A stretch of DNA of 64,000 bases from Camelus dromedarius (lineage: Eukaryota): positions 1,364,001 through 1,428,000 of the forward strand of contig NC_087471.1 in NCBI RefSeq assembly GCF_036321535.1, written 5' to 3'. A model generated the notes under the pieces. The model was given only the letters and a program-made list of their open reading frames with translations. It was not told the DNA's origin and searched no databases. A program made the position numbers and the translations under genes. Below, piece by piece: positions 49,620 to 62,004 of the stretch (its first letter is position 1; every line of letters starts with the position of its first letter).

Positions 49620-51325
49620 ATTTTAAAAGACCTAATAAATGTACTCATGGGTAAGAAGACTCAACATTGTTAAGACGTCAATACTACCTAAGCAATTTAC
49701 AGACGCAATGCAATCCGTCTCAAAATTCCAATGGCCCTTCTTGCAGAAATGGGAAAGCTGATCCTCATATGACTATGGACTTGCAGGAGTTCCCTGAATA
49801 AACAAGACCATCTTAAAAAGGAAAAGCACAGTTGGCAGATTTTAAAATTTACTGCAAAGCTATAGTAATAAAAGTAGTGTGGTGTTGGCATGAAGAGAGA
49901 CAGAGAGAGCAGAGGAATAGAACTGAGAGTTCAGAAATAAATAGGCACATCTATGGTCAATTAATGTTTAAAAAGAGTACCAAGTCCGTTCAAAGGGAAA
50001 AGAGTGTTCTTTTCAAAAGACGGCGCTGAGACTGCTGCATAGCCACGTGCAAGAGTGGAGCCAGACCCCTACCTCAGACCACGTACAAAACGACGAAAAA
50101 TGCATCCGTGTTCTAAATATGAGCCCAAATCATAAAACTCGCAGAAGAAAACATAAGGGCAAATCTTCGTGACTTTGGATTTAACAACAGAATCTTAGAT
50201 ATGACACCAAAAGCATAAGCAGCCAAAGGCAAAAGTAGGTAAATTGGACTTCAGCGAAATTTAAAACTTCTGTATGTCAAAGAACATTCTCAAGAATGAA
50301 AAGATAACGTAAAAGATGGGACAAATACTCGGGAATCATATATCTGATAAGGAATTACTAACTAGAATTTATAAAGAACTTCTAAAACTCAACAGCAAAA
50401 AGGCAAACAACCCGATTAAAAATGGATGAAGAACTTGAACAGACATTTTCCCAAAGACATACAAATAGCAAAGGAGTACATAAAAAGACACGCAGCGTCA
50501 CTGGACGCAGGGGAAATTCAAGTCAAACCACAGTGAGAGGCCACTTCGCACCCAGGACGTGGGCTACGAGGGCTCGCTGCCAGTGGGACCGAGAAACGAC
50601 GCCGGTGCTGTGAAGAGTCTGGCATTTCTCCACACAGGTAAATACTGAATTACCGTATCATGTGTGAACTTCACTTCTAGGAATAGGCACAAAGGGATTG
50701 AAAGCAGGAGCTTGAACAGGCACTTGTACACCAGTGTTCATGGCGACACTGTTTACAAGAGTCCAGAATGGTGGCGACAACCCAAGTGTCTACAGGTGGA
50801 TGAACTACAAACAAATGTCATCTGTACATGCAACGGCATGTGATTCACTCATAAAACGTATTTCACAACATATATCAGAACCGCATTCTGATTATGAATC
50901 TTGGGTGAATCTTGGAGACGTACTGTTAAGTGAGATAAGTCACACACAAAAGCAAAAATAATATATGATTCTCCTTATATGGAATATCTAGAATAAGCAA
51001 GTTCATACAGACAGAAACTAGATTCTAGGTTGCCAGAGCTTGGGAGGAGGAGGGGGGCGGAGGTGTTGCTTAATGGCTACAGAGTTATTGTTTGGGGTGA
51101 TGAAAAAGTTTGGAAATAGATGCTGATGGTGTTTGCACAACATTGTGAATGTAATTAACGCTACTGAATCGCACACTTAAAATAGTCAAAATGGCAAATT
51201 TTGCATTCTGTGTATTTTATCATAATTTAAAAATAACCAATTTGATACACAAAGCCACTGAAATTTACACTTTACATGGGTAAACAGTATAGTATGTAAA
51301 TTGTATTTCAATAAAGCTGTTTTCA
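49620..51325 (+). mobile_element. Old L1MB/MC (3' part of ORF2 plus 3'UTR), heavily decayed
   Basis: aagactcaacattgttaagacgtcaatactacc, gattttaaaatttactgcaaagctatagtaataaaagtagtgtggtgttggcatg (DFKIYCKAIVIKVVWCWH), ends tatttcaataaagctgttt. Confidence 0.9.
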
Positions 51326-52029
51326 AAATTATGGTTGATCTGAACCTAGACACGCTCAATCATTTCAAATTTCGCAACTTCCTTGCAGAGATACTTGGCA
51401 AAAAATGATCATCCTTTGGAAATGGTGTTAAAAAAAAAAAAAGAAATAGCCTTATGCTTATGTTCAGGGTTAAAAAGGAATGCCGGGTCACCTCGCTGGC
51501 ATTTCAGAAGTGGCCTTTGCTACCACCTCTTTGGGATACACAGTTAAACGGAAAATGTGTCCAGAGCTTCAGGCCAACTCTCAGGGCCTCAGTGTCCTCA
51601 CCAGCAAAGTTAGAGACAGGTGTCTGCAGCCCATGATTGTGTGTTGCAGTAGTTACCAGAGAACCTGGGTGACCCTGGCCATCTGCTTCCTTCTATCAGC
51701 TCCTCCATTCGTCTTTCTCTCCTTCATCCTGAAAGGTGACAGGTGCTTCATGGCCTGAGCCATCAGCAGTGAGTGGACCCCAGGTGACATCCCCCACAGT
51801 GTGAATCTCCTAGATTACACCTGGGCCACTTCCAGGCCACTTCTGTGGGCCGATCTCCACCAGGACACCAAGAGGAAGCCACACATTCCCTGGGCACACA
51901 CAGGGACACACACTGTCACACTTCATTGTGTGAGGAAATCAAGGCAGGATTCCCGGTAGAGGAGATTGTCAGATTGCTGAGGATTCAGTCACAAACGGAT
52001 TTGTTTTCTTTACCTTGGCCTTGGCTGGG

Positions 52030-52140
52030 GACTTTTCTTACATGCATTTTGTCAATATCCTAAAACTCACCGAACTGTATACTTTAAATGGGGCAGCTTT
52101 ATGGTATGTCAATTATGTATCAATAAGGCCGGTTCAAAAA
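52030..52140 (+). mobile_element. Old L1M 3' terminus
   Basis: aaaactcaccgaactgtatactttaaatggggcagctttatggtatgtcaattatgtatcaataagg. Confidence 0.7.
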
Positions 52141-52839
52141 GAGAGCGGTTTAGACATAAAATGGGATTTAGTGTCTCTCTGTCTCTTGTGCACACACACA
52201 CACACACACACATCATGATCTTTCCCTGTTCTCTTCATCTTTCAAAAATATCAAATATTTGGAAATTCTGTTCCCAGTAAGGAGACACTGTCAAACTCAT
52301 TGAAATCTCAAGCAGAAGGCAGACGAAGTTGACCACTAGGACTCTAGTTTCCAGGACAATAGGGCATATGTGGGACTCACATGAGCCTTCTTTCTTCCCA
52401 TTATGAACATGTCAAGATGTGGATGAAAACACATTTAAGACCCCAGTTCCAGAAGGAGAGAGGGAACCTGGAGCTAGAGCGGGGAACCAGAGCAGGTGCT
52501 GCGAAGCCCAGGACAAGGGGGTGCGTATGAGTCCATCTGGGCAAAGACTTCAAGGAGGGGGAGAGCCGCCTTGTCTGGTAAGGAGAAGTGCACTTCCCTA
52601 AACAAGGGGCAATGAACGGCTGGCACCTCAGTGATGGAAAATGAAAACCCCCGCCAAGTGGGCCAGGGAGATCACCAAGACGCTTGGTTCTGTTGGGGCA
52701 TCTGTGTGGAAAAATAGCACAATGCTCAGGGAAAAGGCTAAGATGAAGTATGGAAGACAGGCTGAACTCTGAAAGATACACACTTCCTTCAAGCACACAG
52801 GAAACGAGTGGAAGACTCCACAGACACCAAGATTTGACA

Positions 52840-53235
52840 CCATAAAGTCTACATTCTCAGATACATGTTTTGTTGCAATAAGAAGAGAAATGCAGTACGC
52901 TAACTGAGGACAGCAAAATATTTAGAACTGAATAACACTGAAAATGCTGCCATATCAGAGCATGTGGGATGCAAATAAAATTGTATTTATAGGAGATGCA
53001 GAGCAAAAATAGAAAGGTGGAAAATTAACAGGGCAAGATTTAACCAAGACAATGAGGGAAAAAAAGCATAACTGAGCAAACCTAGGAAAAGTGGGATGAA
53101 GGAAATATTGAAGATTACAGCTAAAAGTTTCAGTGGACAAAACCCTAGCAAGATGGATTTTAAAGAGGGGAAATTTACTAATAAATAATAGAAATGAAAA
53201 GCAAATATCACTACTGATTGAGGTTTTAAAAACAC
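52840..53235 (+). mobile_element. Old L1 ORF2 (endonuclease/post-endonuclease) remnant
   Basis: aaaatatttagaactgaataacactgaaaatgctgccatatcag...gtgggatgcaa; aaaaccctagcaagatgg...taatagaaatgaaaag. Confidence 0.6.
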
Positions 53236-53240
53236 AGTCA

Positions 53241-55267
53241 GGGTTTCCATTCCAAGACGGTGTTGACCTAAAAAAATAGAACAGGCAGTTTATTTTACCA
53301 GAGAAAAATGGGTTTATTTGGGAACAGCAAAGTATCGCAATCTGGGATGTGTAACCTATGCCGAAGCATAAAGTTCAGAGAACAAAGGAGGGGAACGTTC
53401 TTTTATAGAGGAGGTGGGGAAGTTGGGAGGGCATGTCATAAACAAAGGGGCCACTGGAGGAAACTGGGAGTTTGAAGAGTGGTGACTTTTCATTGGCTGA
53501 GTGTGACAGTCTCTCACTGGCTGGACTGATGCCAGAAGTGGAGAAAACCTTCCTCCCTTCCTTCTGCTGAGCAGCAAAGCAGTAGCCTTCTCTCTGTTAG
53601 AGACACAAGGCGCACCTCTTTGTGCTGGCTATGCAGTTGAAGCGGAGTGCTAGGGCATGTGAGTCCTTCCTTCTGACCTCCAGACTCCATTTTAAATGAG
53701 GTTTCTGTTTATTAATTTTCACAGTGGCAACAAGGAGACTCCTGAACTCACCTCCTCTCACATCGAGCTTACAGTTACACATGAAACAATTTCCTCTGAA
53801 AGAAATCCAGAAACTAGCTGAGCAACTCCTACACAATGGCTAAAGAGAAAAGAAAGTGTGTTGAAACGGGCCTTGGCTCACACTCAACTACTGGGAGCCA
53901 ATGAGAAAAAAGAAGAGTTGGACAGTCTCAAAAGTTTGAGACAACCAAGAGGTACAGCTGGGCTGAATGATAAAGTCAGTCTTCTACAAAAGTTAACTCC
54001 ATCAAGACTGGGAGAGGTGGCTATTTTATCTAAGGCACAGAAACCAACACAGGTGATAAAGGAAAATGAAGAAACAGAGAAATGTGTTTCAAATAAAAGA
54101 ACAAGAAAAACCCCAGAAGCAGACCTTAATGAAATGCAGGTAACTCTAATAAAGAATTCAAATTAATGGTGAGGATACTTACTGAGGTCAGAAAACCAAT
54201 GCATGAGCAAATGAAGAATTTCAACAAAAGTAGAAAATACGGGAAAGTATCAAACAAAGATCATAAAGCAGAATAATATAATAACTGAACTGGAAAGTTT
54301 AATTAGAGAGCTTCAGTGGCAGATTAAATCATGCAGAAGAAACAGCCTGCGAACTCAAAGACAAGCCCATGGACTTCATCCAATCAGGAGCAAAAAGAAA
54401 GATAATAATTCAAAACAGTGAAGATAGCTTAAGGGACACCATTGACCACACCAGTGTACTCATTGTAGGAGCCTCAGAAGAAGATAGAGAGAAAGAGGCA
54501 GAAAGCTCATTAAAATATATATATATATAATGACTGATAATGTCCATAACCTGGGGAAAGAAACAGACAGCCAGATCTAGGAAGCTCAGAAAGCTCCAAA
54601 TAAGAGGAATCCAAAGAGACCCACATCAAGACACATTACAATTAAACAGTCAACCTTTAAAGACAAGGAGAGAATCTTAAAAGCAGCATAAGACAAAGCA
54701 ACTTATTATATATAAAGTAACCCCATAAGACTATCAGTTGATTTTTCAGCAGAACTTTGCAGTCCAGAAGGGAAGGCATGACATACTCAAAGTGCTGAAG
54801 GAGAAGAAAACTGCCAACCAAGAATACTTTGCACAGAAAAGATGTCCTTCAGCACTGGAGGAAAGATAGAGAGGTTTTCAGACAAGCAAAAGCCAAAGGA
54901 CCACAAGACTGGCCTTACAAGAAATTTTAGTGGGAGTTAATCAAGCTGTACTGAAAGTGTGTTAATTAGTAACAGGAAAACATAAGGAAGTTATAAATCT
55001 CACTGATAAAGGTAAATATGTAGTTAAATTCAGAATAATGGTGGTGGGTAGATCACTTATAAATATAGTATGAAGGTTAAAAGACAAAATTCATAAAAGT
55101 AAATATAATTGCAAGAATTTATTAATGGATATGCAAATTAAAAGTGCAAATTGCAGCATCAAAATGTGAAACATGCTGGGAGAGAGTGAAAATGGAGAGC
55201 ATTAGTATGTGTTTGAACTTACATTGTTACTAGTTTAAAATAGACTGTTATAACTATAAGATGTACC
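53241..55267 (+). mobile_element. L1 5' end, 5'UTR, decayed ORF1 and inter-ORF region (interrupted by LTR 53261-53723)
   Basis: 5' terminus gggtttccattccaagacgg|...|gtggc; ORF1-like text (aaaagaacaagaaaaaccccagaagcagaccttaatgaaatg; cccacatcaagacacatt; aaggagagaatcttaaaagcagc; ccccataagactatcagttgatttttcagcaga). Confidence 0.9.
53261..53723 (-). mobile_element. ERV-type solo LTR (TG...CA, 463 bp) inserted in L1 5' end
   Basis: tgttgacc...ttttcaca; flanks acgg/gtgg each one change from atgg; gtttatt and ttttata on + give AATAAA and TATAAAA on the minus strand. Confidence 0.8.
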
Positions 55268-56920
55268 TTTATCTTATAATCAGAAGTTTGTAACTTTTGA
55301 TCAGCTTCACCCATTTCCCCCATCCTCCACCCCCTCCATCTGGCAACCACCAATCTTCTCTGTTTCTCTGAGTTTATTCTTTTTAAAGTCCACATAGAAG
55401 TGAGATCACACAGTATTTCAGTATTCGTCTTTCTCCATCTGGTTTATTTACTGAGCACGNNNNNNNNNNNNNNNNNNNNNNNNNNNNNNNNNNNNNNNNN
55501 NNNNNNNNNNNNNNNNNNNNNNNNNNNNNNNNNNNNNNNNNNNNNNNNNNNNNNNNNNNNNNNNNNNNNNNNNNNNNNNNNNNNNNNNNNNNNNNNNNNN
55601 NNNNNNNNNNNNNNNNNNNNNNNNNNNNNNNNNNNNTTGGTATGTCTTTGAGATAGTGATTTAATTTTCTTTGTATAAATACCCGGAAGTAGAGTTTCTG
55701 GATCTTATGATGGTTATATTTTTAATCTTTTGAGAAATTTCCATACTGTTTTCCACAGTGGCTACCCCAACTCACTTTCCCACCTACAGTACAAAAGGAT
55801 TCCCTTTTCTCCACATCTTTGCCAACACTTGTTGCATCTTTGGGTTTTTTTGGGGGGGTATATGTTTTTATTTGTTTATTTTTAATTTATCTTTTAATGG
55901 AGGTATTGGAGATTGAACCCAGGATCTCATGCATGCCAGGCACGCACTCTACCACTGAGGTACACCCTCCCCAGCCATTTTTGTCTATGTGGACGATAGC
56001 TGTTTGAACAGATGTGAGGTAATAATATCTCCTCGCAGTGTGGATTTACACTTCCTTGCTGACTAGTGATGCTGAGCACCTTTTCATGTGTCTGTTGGCC
56101 GTGTGTGTGTCTTCTTTGAAAAATATACATTCCGTTCTTCTGACCATTTTTAAATTGGATTGTTTGGTTTTGCTATTGAGTTTTAGGAGTTCTTTATACA
56201 TTTTCGATATTAACTCCTTATCAAATAGATGGTTTGGAAATATTTTCTCCAATTTTATAGGTTGCCCGTTTTATTTTGTTGATGGGTTTTTCCTGTCAGG
56301 TGGTTTTTGGTTTGATGTATCCCACTTGTTTATTTTGCTTTGTCTTTCTTTTTGGTGTCAAATCCAAAAAACAAAAAACAAAAAAACCTTGTTGCCAAGA
56401 CCAGATGTCTAGGGTATTTCATGGTTTCATCTTACAGTTTCAAGCTGATTCTNNNNNNNNNNNNNNNNNNNNNNNNNNNNNNNNNNNNNNNNNNNNNNNN
56501 NNNNNNNNNNNNNNNNNNNNNNNNNNNNNNNNNNNNNNNNNNNNNNNNNNNNNNNNNNNNNNNNNNNNNNNNNNNNNNNNNNNNGTTTGTCTTCCAGGCT
56601 CTCTGTTTTGTTCCTTCGATCTTTGTGCCTGTTTTTAGGCCAACAGCATACTATTTTGATGACTATAGCTTTGGAACATAGGTTGAAATCCAAGTGTGGT
56701 CTCTCCAGCTTTGCCCTTTCTCAAGATTGCTTTTGCTATTCTGAATCTCTTACGGTTTCCTACAAATTTTGGGATAACTTTCCATGTTTCTGTGAAAAAT
56801 GTCGTTAGAATTTTGACAAGAATTGTATTCAATCCATTGATTGCTTTGGTTAGCATGGACATTATTAATATTCATGCTTCCAATCCATGAGCACGAATAT
56901 CTTTCCATTTATTTAGGTCG
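55268..56920 (-). mobile_element. Inverted L1MA-type segment (3' part of ORF2 to mid 3'UTR); contains gaps 55460-55636 and 56453-56584
   Basis: ORF 56046..56252(-) EKIFPNH...LISKMYKELLKLN...RHMKRCSASL and 56635..56862(-) are L1 ORF2p-like. Confidence 0.92.
55841..55972 (-). mobile_element. Vic-1-type tRNA-derived SINE nested in L1
   Basis: Minus strand ggggagggtgtacctcagtggtagagtgcgtgcctggcatgcatgagatcctgggttcaatctccaatacctccatt, then AT tail and C-run. Confidence 0.92.
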
Positions 56921-57170
56921 TCTGGGGTATAATGTATGGCGTAAGGACTGTAGTTAACCGTATTGTATTGCATATTTGAAAACTGCTAAGACAGTAGATC
57001 TTAAAAGTTCTCATCACAAGGAAAAAATTACAACTATGTAAGATGCTGGGTATAAACTAAACTTACCATGGTCATCATTCTGCAGTGCATACGTGTATCA
57101 AACTGTTAGGTTGTACACCTTAAACTAATACAATGTTTTAAGTCAGTTACACCTCAACAAAACTGGAAGA
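56921..57170 (+). mobile_element. L1MA-type terminal 3'UTR (non-inverted)
   Basis: tctggggtataatgtatggc...ctgctaagacagtagatcttaaaagttctcatcac...tacacctcaacaaaactggaa. Confidence 0.88.
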
Positions 57171-58959
57171 GTTGGACTCTAGTATTGTATTTTAAATGTC
57201 AGAAATAAAAATCTTGTGGAAAAAACAAAATGCAATCTATCTTAAAATGGACAAAAATCAGACACAGTTCTTGAAAAATACAATTTCTCAATATTGACTG
57301 AAGAATAAACAGACACCCGCGTGGACTTCATTAAAAATCTGTGAATAAAAAAAAAGGGGGGATAATTTCTAATTTTGACCTAATTAGATAAAACAATTGC
57401 CGATCCAAAGTTCAAGACTCTGAATTGCTTTTACTTGCCTGAAGGTTTACAAATTGTTCTGCTGTCGTTTTCAAAACAAATTAAGCTTCTACCGTATTTG
57501 TACTTCATGTGTGTTGCATGGATCTAAAGCTCCCACTTAATTTATTTCCTCCTTTACTATATTTCTTATGCTAGGCAATAAGTTTTTTATACTACTAGAG
57601 TTCTTAAAAGAGCTTAATAATCCTCTAGCATCCTTCGTTGGTACGTTGGTTTGGTAGCACATGCTACACACTTCAGCTTGTTTTTTTTTTTTCCTCTCTC
57701 TCTCTCTCATAGAAAATGATGCAACTACATAACTTAGAATGACCTTGTGGGTCACCTTGTCCCTGGAGAGTCCAAGTTTATGCCTCTTGCCCCTGGTTAC
57801 TTCAGAGCCCCTCCCCTCTACACACACTATCAGAAGAGAGACCTTCCGGTAATGGAGACGGACACTTGCCGGGTGAGGAATCCTCCTCCTTAATGGTGAG
57901 GGGCGCGCTGTCTCAGCCAGACCCAGGCTCTCGTCTCCACGTTGGAGCTACGTGCGGGCCGACAGCAGCCCTGCGGAGACTGCGTCAGGCAGCTTAACAG
58001 GAGAATCCGCCCATCCTGAGACTGCCTTTGAAACAGCGCTGGGGCAGCGTGCATTTTCCAACAGCTGGTGGAGGAAATACCCTTATAAACTCAGCTGGCC
58101 GGCCGCAGAAGCCACTGCCCCTTTGTCCTAGAGCCTCTGCCCTTGAAGGGACATTCCTCTCTGGAGGAATGAGAGTCATTCATTTGGTGGCGTGGCCTGT
58201 TAAGTGTCTGTCATCTTCTGTGGGCACTGGGTTCTAATCAGGAAATGGGGTTAAAAAAAAAAAACAAAACAGTCTGCAGTCAAAATTCCTGCTCAGGGTT
58301 GGGTCTTCAGAAAGGGCACCGACACCCAAGGGTCTGGTGTTGGTGCTTCTGCTTCCTGGGATGAGAGGTCCCTGTTCTTTACTCGAGGGACTCTCGAAAT
58401 ACGTGGCCAAAATATGCATCTTTAGGCCAGGGAATCGCATTCAGGGTTGTGCGATGCTCCTGTTGCGAACAGTTATTTCTGACGAGTTCTGCTGGTGAAG
58501 GGGTAAGATGAACACGCTTAAACCCCTACATTGTTGCTCCCCCTGTCGCTGTCCCACCTACTCTTGGGATCTGAGAATCTCTTTTGAACAACAGGCACCC
58601 TGTGTATTTGGTCCTAGAACGACGCCAGGAAGAGACTCCCAGTGTTTCATACGAGCCCTGTCAGATTGCCCTGAAGATTGATCTGTTTTCCTCATTCACA
58701 GAAAGCTTTATGGCAGGAGTTAAGTCCCACCGGTGCTTCTTCTTAAAACTCTTTTTGAAAACTCTCCTCATTACAAAAGTAATGTAAATAAATGTATAAT
58801 CAACGATTTAGACAGATACAAAAAGAGGAGATTTCCCCCACCTCTTTCCAATCTTACTTCTCCAGGAAATGAGATCAACGTCTTTCCCTTTATCTGTACA
58901 AACACATCACATAGAGAATATCTCTTCTTACCCCATGCAGGACTTTAGAACATTGTGAG

Positions 58960-59420
58960 TTTTAATTGTGGTAAAATTCATATACCATCAAATCGACCAT
59001 TGTAATCATTTTAAAGTATATGGTTCAGTCGTGTTAAGTATTTTCCCACAGGTGTGGAATCGTCACCACCACCCTTTTCCAGATCTTTCTCCTCTTGCAA
59101 AACTGAAATTCTGTCCCCATCAAACACTAACTCCCATTACCACTCCCCAGCCCCTGGAAACCAGCATTCTACTTTCTGCCTGCAAATTTGACTACTTTCC
59201 AGACTTCATGTAAGTGGAATCGTACAGTATTTGTCATTTTGTGACTGGTTTATTTCGTTTGGTATAATTTCCTCAGGGTTCATCTATGTTGTAATATTTC
59301 CTTCCTTTTGAAGGCTGAATAATATTCCACAGCATGCGTGTATACACCACATTTTGTGCTGACAGACACGACTCATCCATTGGTGGACACTTGGGTTGCT
59401 TCTACTTTGAACAGTATTTC
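58960..59420 (-). mobile_element. L1MB-type 3' fragment
   Basis: ttttaattgtggtaaaattcatataccatcaaatcgaccatt...ccccagcccctggaaaccagcattctactttctg...tttgaaggctgaataatattcc. Confidence 0.85.
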
Positions 59421-59469
59421 TGGAAGAAAATGTCTACTCAACTCTAGAAGTGGAGAACATGTTATCCAC

Positions 59470-60300
59470 ACATTTATGAATTTGTTTATCCATACGCACA
59501 TTCCTTTATTAAGTGCCTTGAGTCTGCCAGGCAGCCCCAGCAGGCGCTGGTTGCAGTCGTCAAGAGAAAATGGACGTGGACCTGCTCTCTTGGAACGTGT
59601 GGTTGAGCAGCTCAGACAGAGTGCAAAGGAAATGAATAAAACTGTGAGACAGGCTATGAGAAAAACAAGCCAAGTCAATGATAGAGACCAGGGTGGTGGG
59701 GGCAACTCTGAAGGTCAGGATGGCATATCTAAGACATTGATGGTTAAGCTGAGCCACTGGGATTAGGGGCAGCCAGGCAAATGGGTGGATCTGGGGCAAA
59801 GGGAGGCTTATCATTGGACAACGTCCTGGAGTGGGAAGGAGGCTGGCTGCGAGGGCACAGGGAGGAGGCTGCTGGGCAGGCACACGGCGAGCTGGGGGAA
59901 GGCGGCGTGAGATGAGGTGGAGAGGAATGCATGAACCCAGTGTGACTTCTGTGTGCAGAGGGAAACCTGAGGCTTTAAGCCAGGATGTGGTACAACTGCA
60001 GTTATGCTGAAAAAGAATAACTGTGATGTGGCCACAAGGAGAAGAAGAGTTTGAAGGCGAACAGGAAGGGACGTGGGAAGGCCGTGAAAGCGGCTACTGC
60101 AATTGTCCAGGCGTGAAATAAAGGCGGCTGGGCCTGGGGGAGCAGCAGCGGGGTCAGCGCAGCGTGGATGACTTAGATACGTGCTTTGGAGTTAAACCAG
60201 GGGGCTTGTGGGCGGATTAGGTGGAGGAGCTGAGAGCGAGAGGAAAAAGTGAAGGCACTGTCATTCTTTCCAGGGTCTTTGATCTTGAACGCTCGGCCAG
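59470..60300 (-). mobile_element. L2 fragment
   Basis: tttattaagtgccttgagtctgccaggc; gcggctactgcaattgtccaggcgtgaaataaaggcggctgggcc; L2a-like. Confidence 0.7.
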
Positions 60301-60974
60301 TGCAGTGGGCTCGGTAGCCCCAGCGCAGCCGGCACGTGTGACGATGGGGTTTTTATGGAACTGAGCCCTCCTCTTGCCCCCACTTCCAGCAGCTGCAGAC
60401 CGCGGGCCCAGCCCAGCACCTTTAATTTCCCCGGACCCGCTCTGCTGTTTAAACAGCTGTCACCGGGCTGGCGGGCTCAGTGGCAGCTCTGCTGGGCCAG
60501 CAAAACGCTGTTTGGATAACAGCGTGTGCCCAACAGCCACGAGGTGCGGGGACATTGCGTCTAGTGTTTCTCCCCTTTTCTAAATCATATCACAAACTCC
60601 ATCTCCTGTGCATACGAACTAGTTTCAAATATTTTAAGTCATAAGAAGGAGAAAAAAGCGCAAACTGGAGAAGTAAAAGAATTCTCGTCCTCACGACAGG
60701 TGTCTTTCTCTTGGGGGGCATAACCCCTCATCTTGAGAAGAGAAGGTTTCCGTCAGTTTTCCCAGTTCCCTCGGAGCCCCACAGGGTCTGGACTTCTTGT
60801 AGTAATTGTCTTGCTTGGGGGACAATGAGATAACGGTTTTTTGAAACACAAACCATACCTTTCTACCAGCAAAAATCTGAAACGTAAGCACCTTCGTGCG
60901 TGTGGAACGTGTGGTTTGTATAGAAATGTCACAGTGGTGAGGAGGCAGGTCTTCCCTTTTCGAAACTGAAATAT

Positions 60975-61330
60975 AGGAGTTCTGTTTCTGGAAATGATGG
61001 AATAGTTTAGAGCAGAGCAGTGTTCTTGCTAAGAACCATGGTAAAAGCCAGATAAAATGTACGTCTGCTGAAACGCATTGGAAAGGCAGGAAGGCACCCC
61101 AGGGGAGCTGTATTCTATGGGCCAAAATCCCGGCCGGAGCTAAGAGGGCCATTTTCCACCCACTGCTTGTTACCCTGGAGCATCTTCCAATTTTTGCTGT
61201 GGTGTGAGAGGCAAAGAAACCAGCAGAGGGTTTAGAAGGCCCGCCGCCCCGAGACAGAAGTGCTGGACGGCAGGACGGTCAGGGCAGCTGGGGCCTGAGG
61301 AGGGAGCAGCGTGGGGGACGGAGGGGGTCA
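60975..61330 (+). mobile_element. Old L1M 5'-end remnant
   Basis: gagttctgtttctggaaatgatggaatagttt...cttgctaagaaccatggtaaaagccagataaaatg. Confidence 0.45.
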
Positions 61331-61587
61331 GCGCACTCTGTTAAACTGCGTGGGAAAAGGACCAACATAAACAGTAGGAAGCTGCTGAGAAGCAAAACAG
61401 ATTTTAGCACAGAGCAGGGGCGTTTCAGTTATAAACCAACTGCATCTGACGGTCTGGAGTCCAGACACCTGTGTGACGCCCCAGCAGCGTGCTTCGCAGA
61501 CGTAAACTGTTGACACAAGCCATCGTTACCCGTGGACATCTTGCTTAAAGTGGTCCATCCATAGACGTTTTCCGCCAAACATTATTA

Positions 61588-62004
61588 CAGATCCTCCTCG
61601 ACTTAACGACGGTGGGGTTATGTCCCGATAAAGACATTGCAAGTTGAAAACATAAGTGGGAAATTCATCCAACCCTCCTAACCTACTGACCGTCACAGGT
61701 TGGCCTAGCCCACCTAAAACGCGCTCAGAGCACTGGCAGCAGCCTACAGCTGGGCGGAATCTTCCAATCCAAAGCTTATTTAATAACAAAGTGTTGACCA
61801 TCTCCAGGGATTTTTGACTAGTGAACTGAACGTGAAAAACAGAACGGATGTCTTGGTTCAGAACAGCTGCCAGTAGATTCATTGTTTAATCTCATGATCC
61901 TGTGGCCAGCTGGGAGCTGAGGCCACCACTGTCCAGCATCACCGGAGAGTATCGTCCTGAATACCACTGGCCCTGGAAAAGATCAAAATTCAAAATTCGA
62001 AGTA
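61588..62004 (+). mobile_element. Tigger4/Zombi-family (TcMar) non-autonomous DNA transposon, right end missing
   Basis: TA|cagatcctcctcgactt...ggggttatgtcccgataaa...ggcctagcccacctaaaacgcgctcagagcac...aaagatcaaaattcaaaattcgaagta. Confidence 0.85.
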
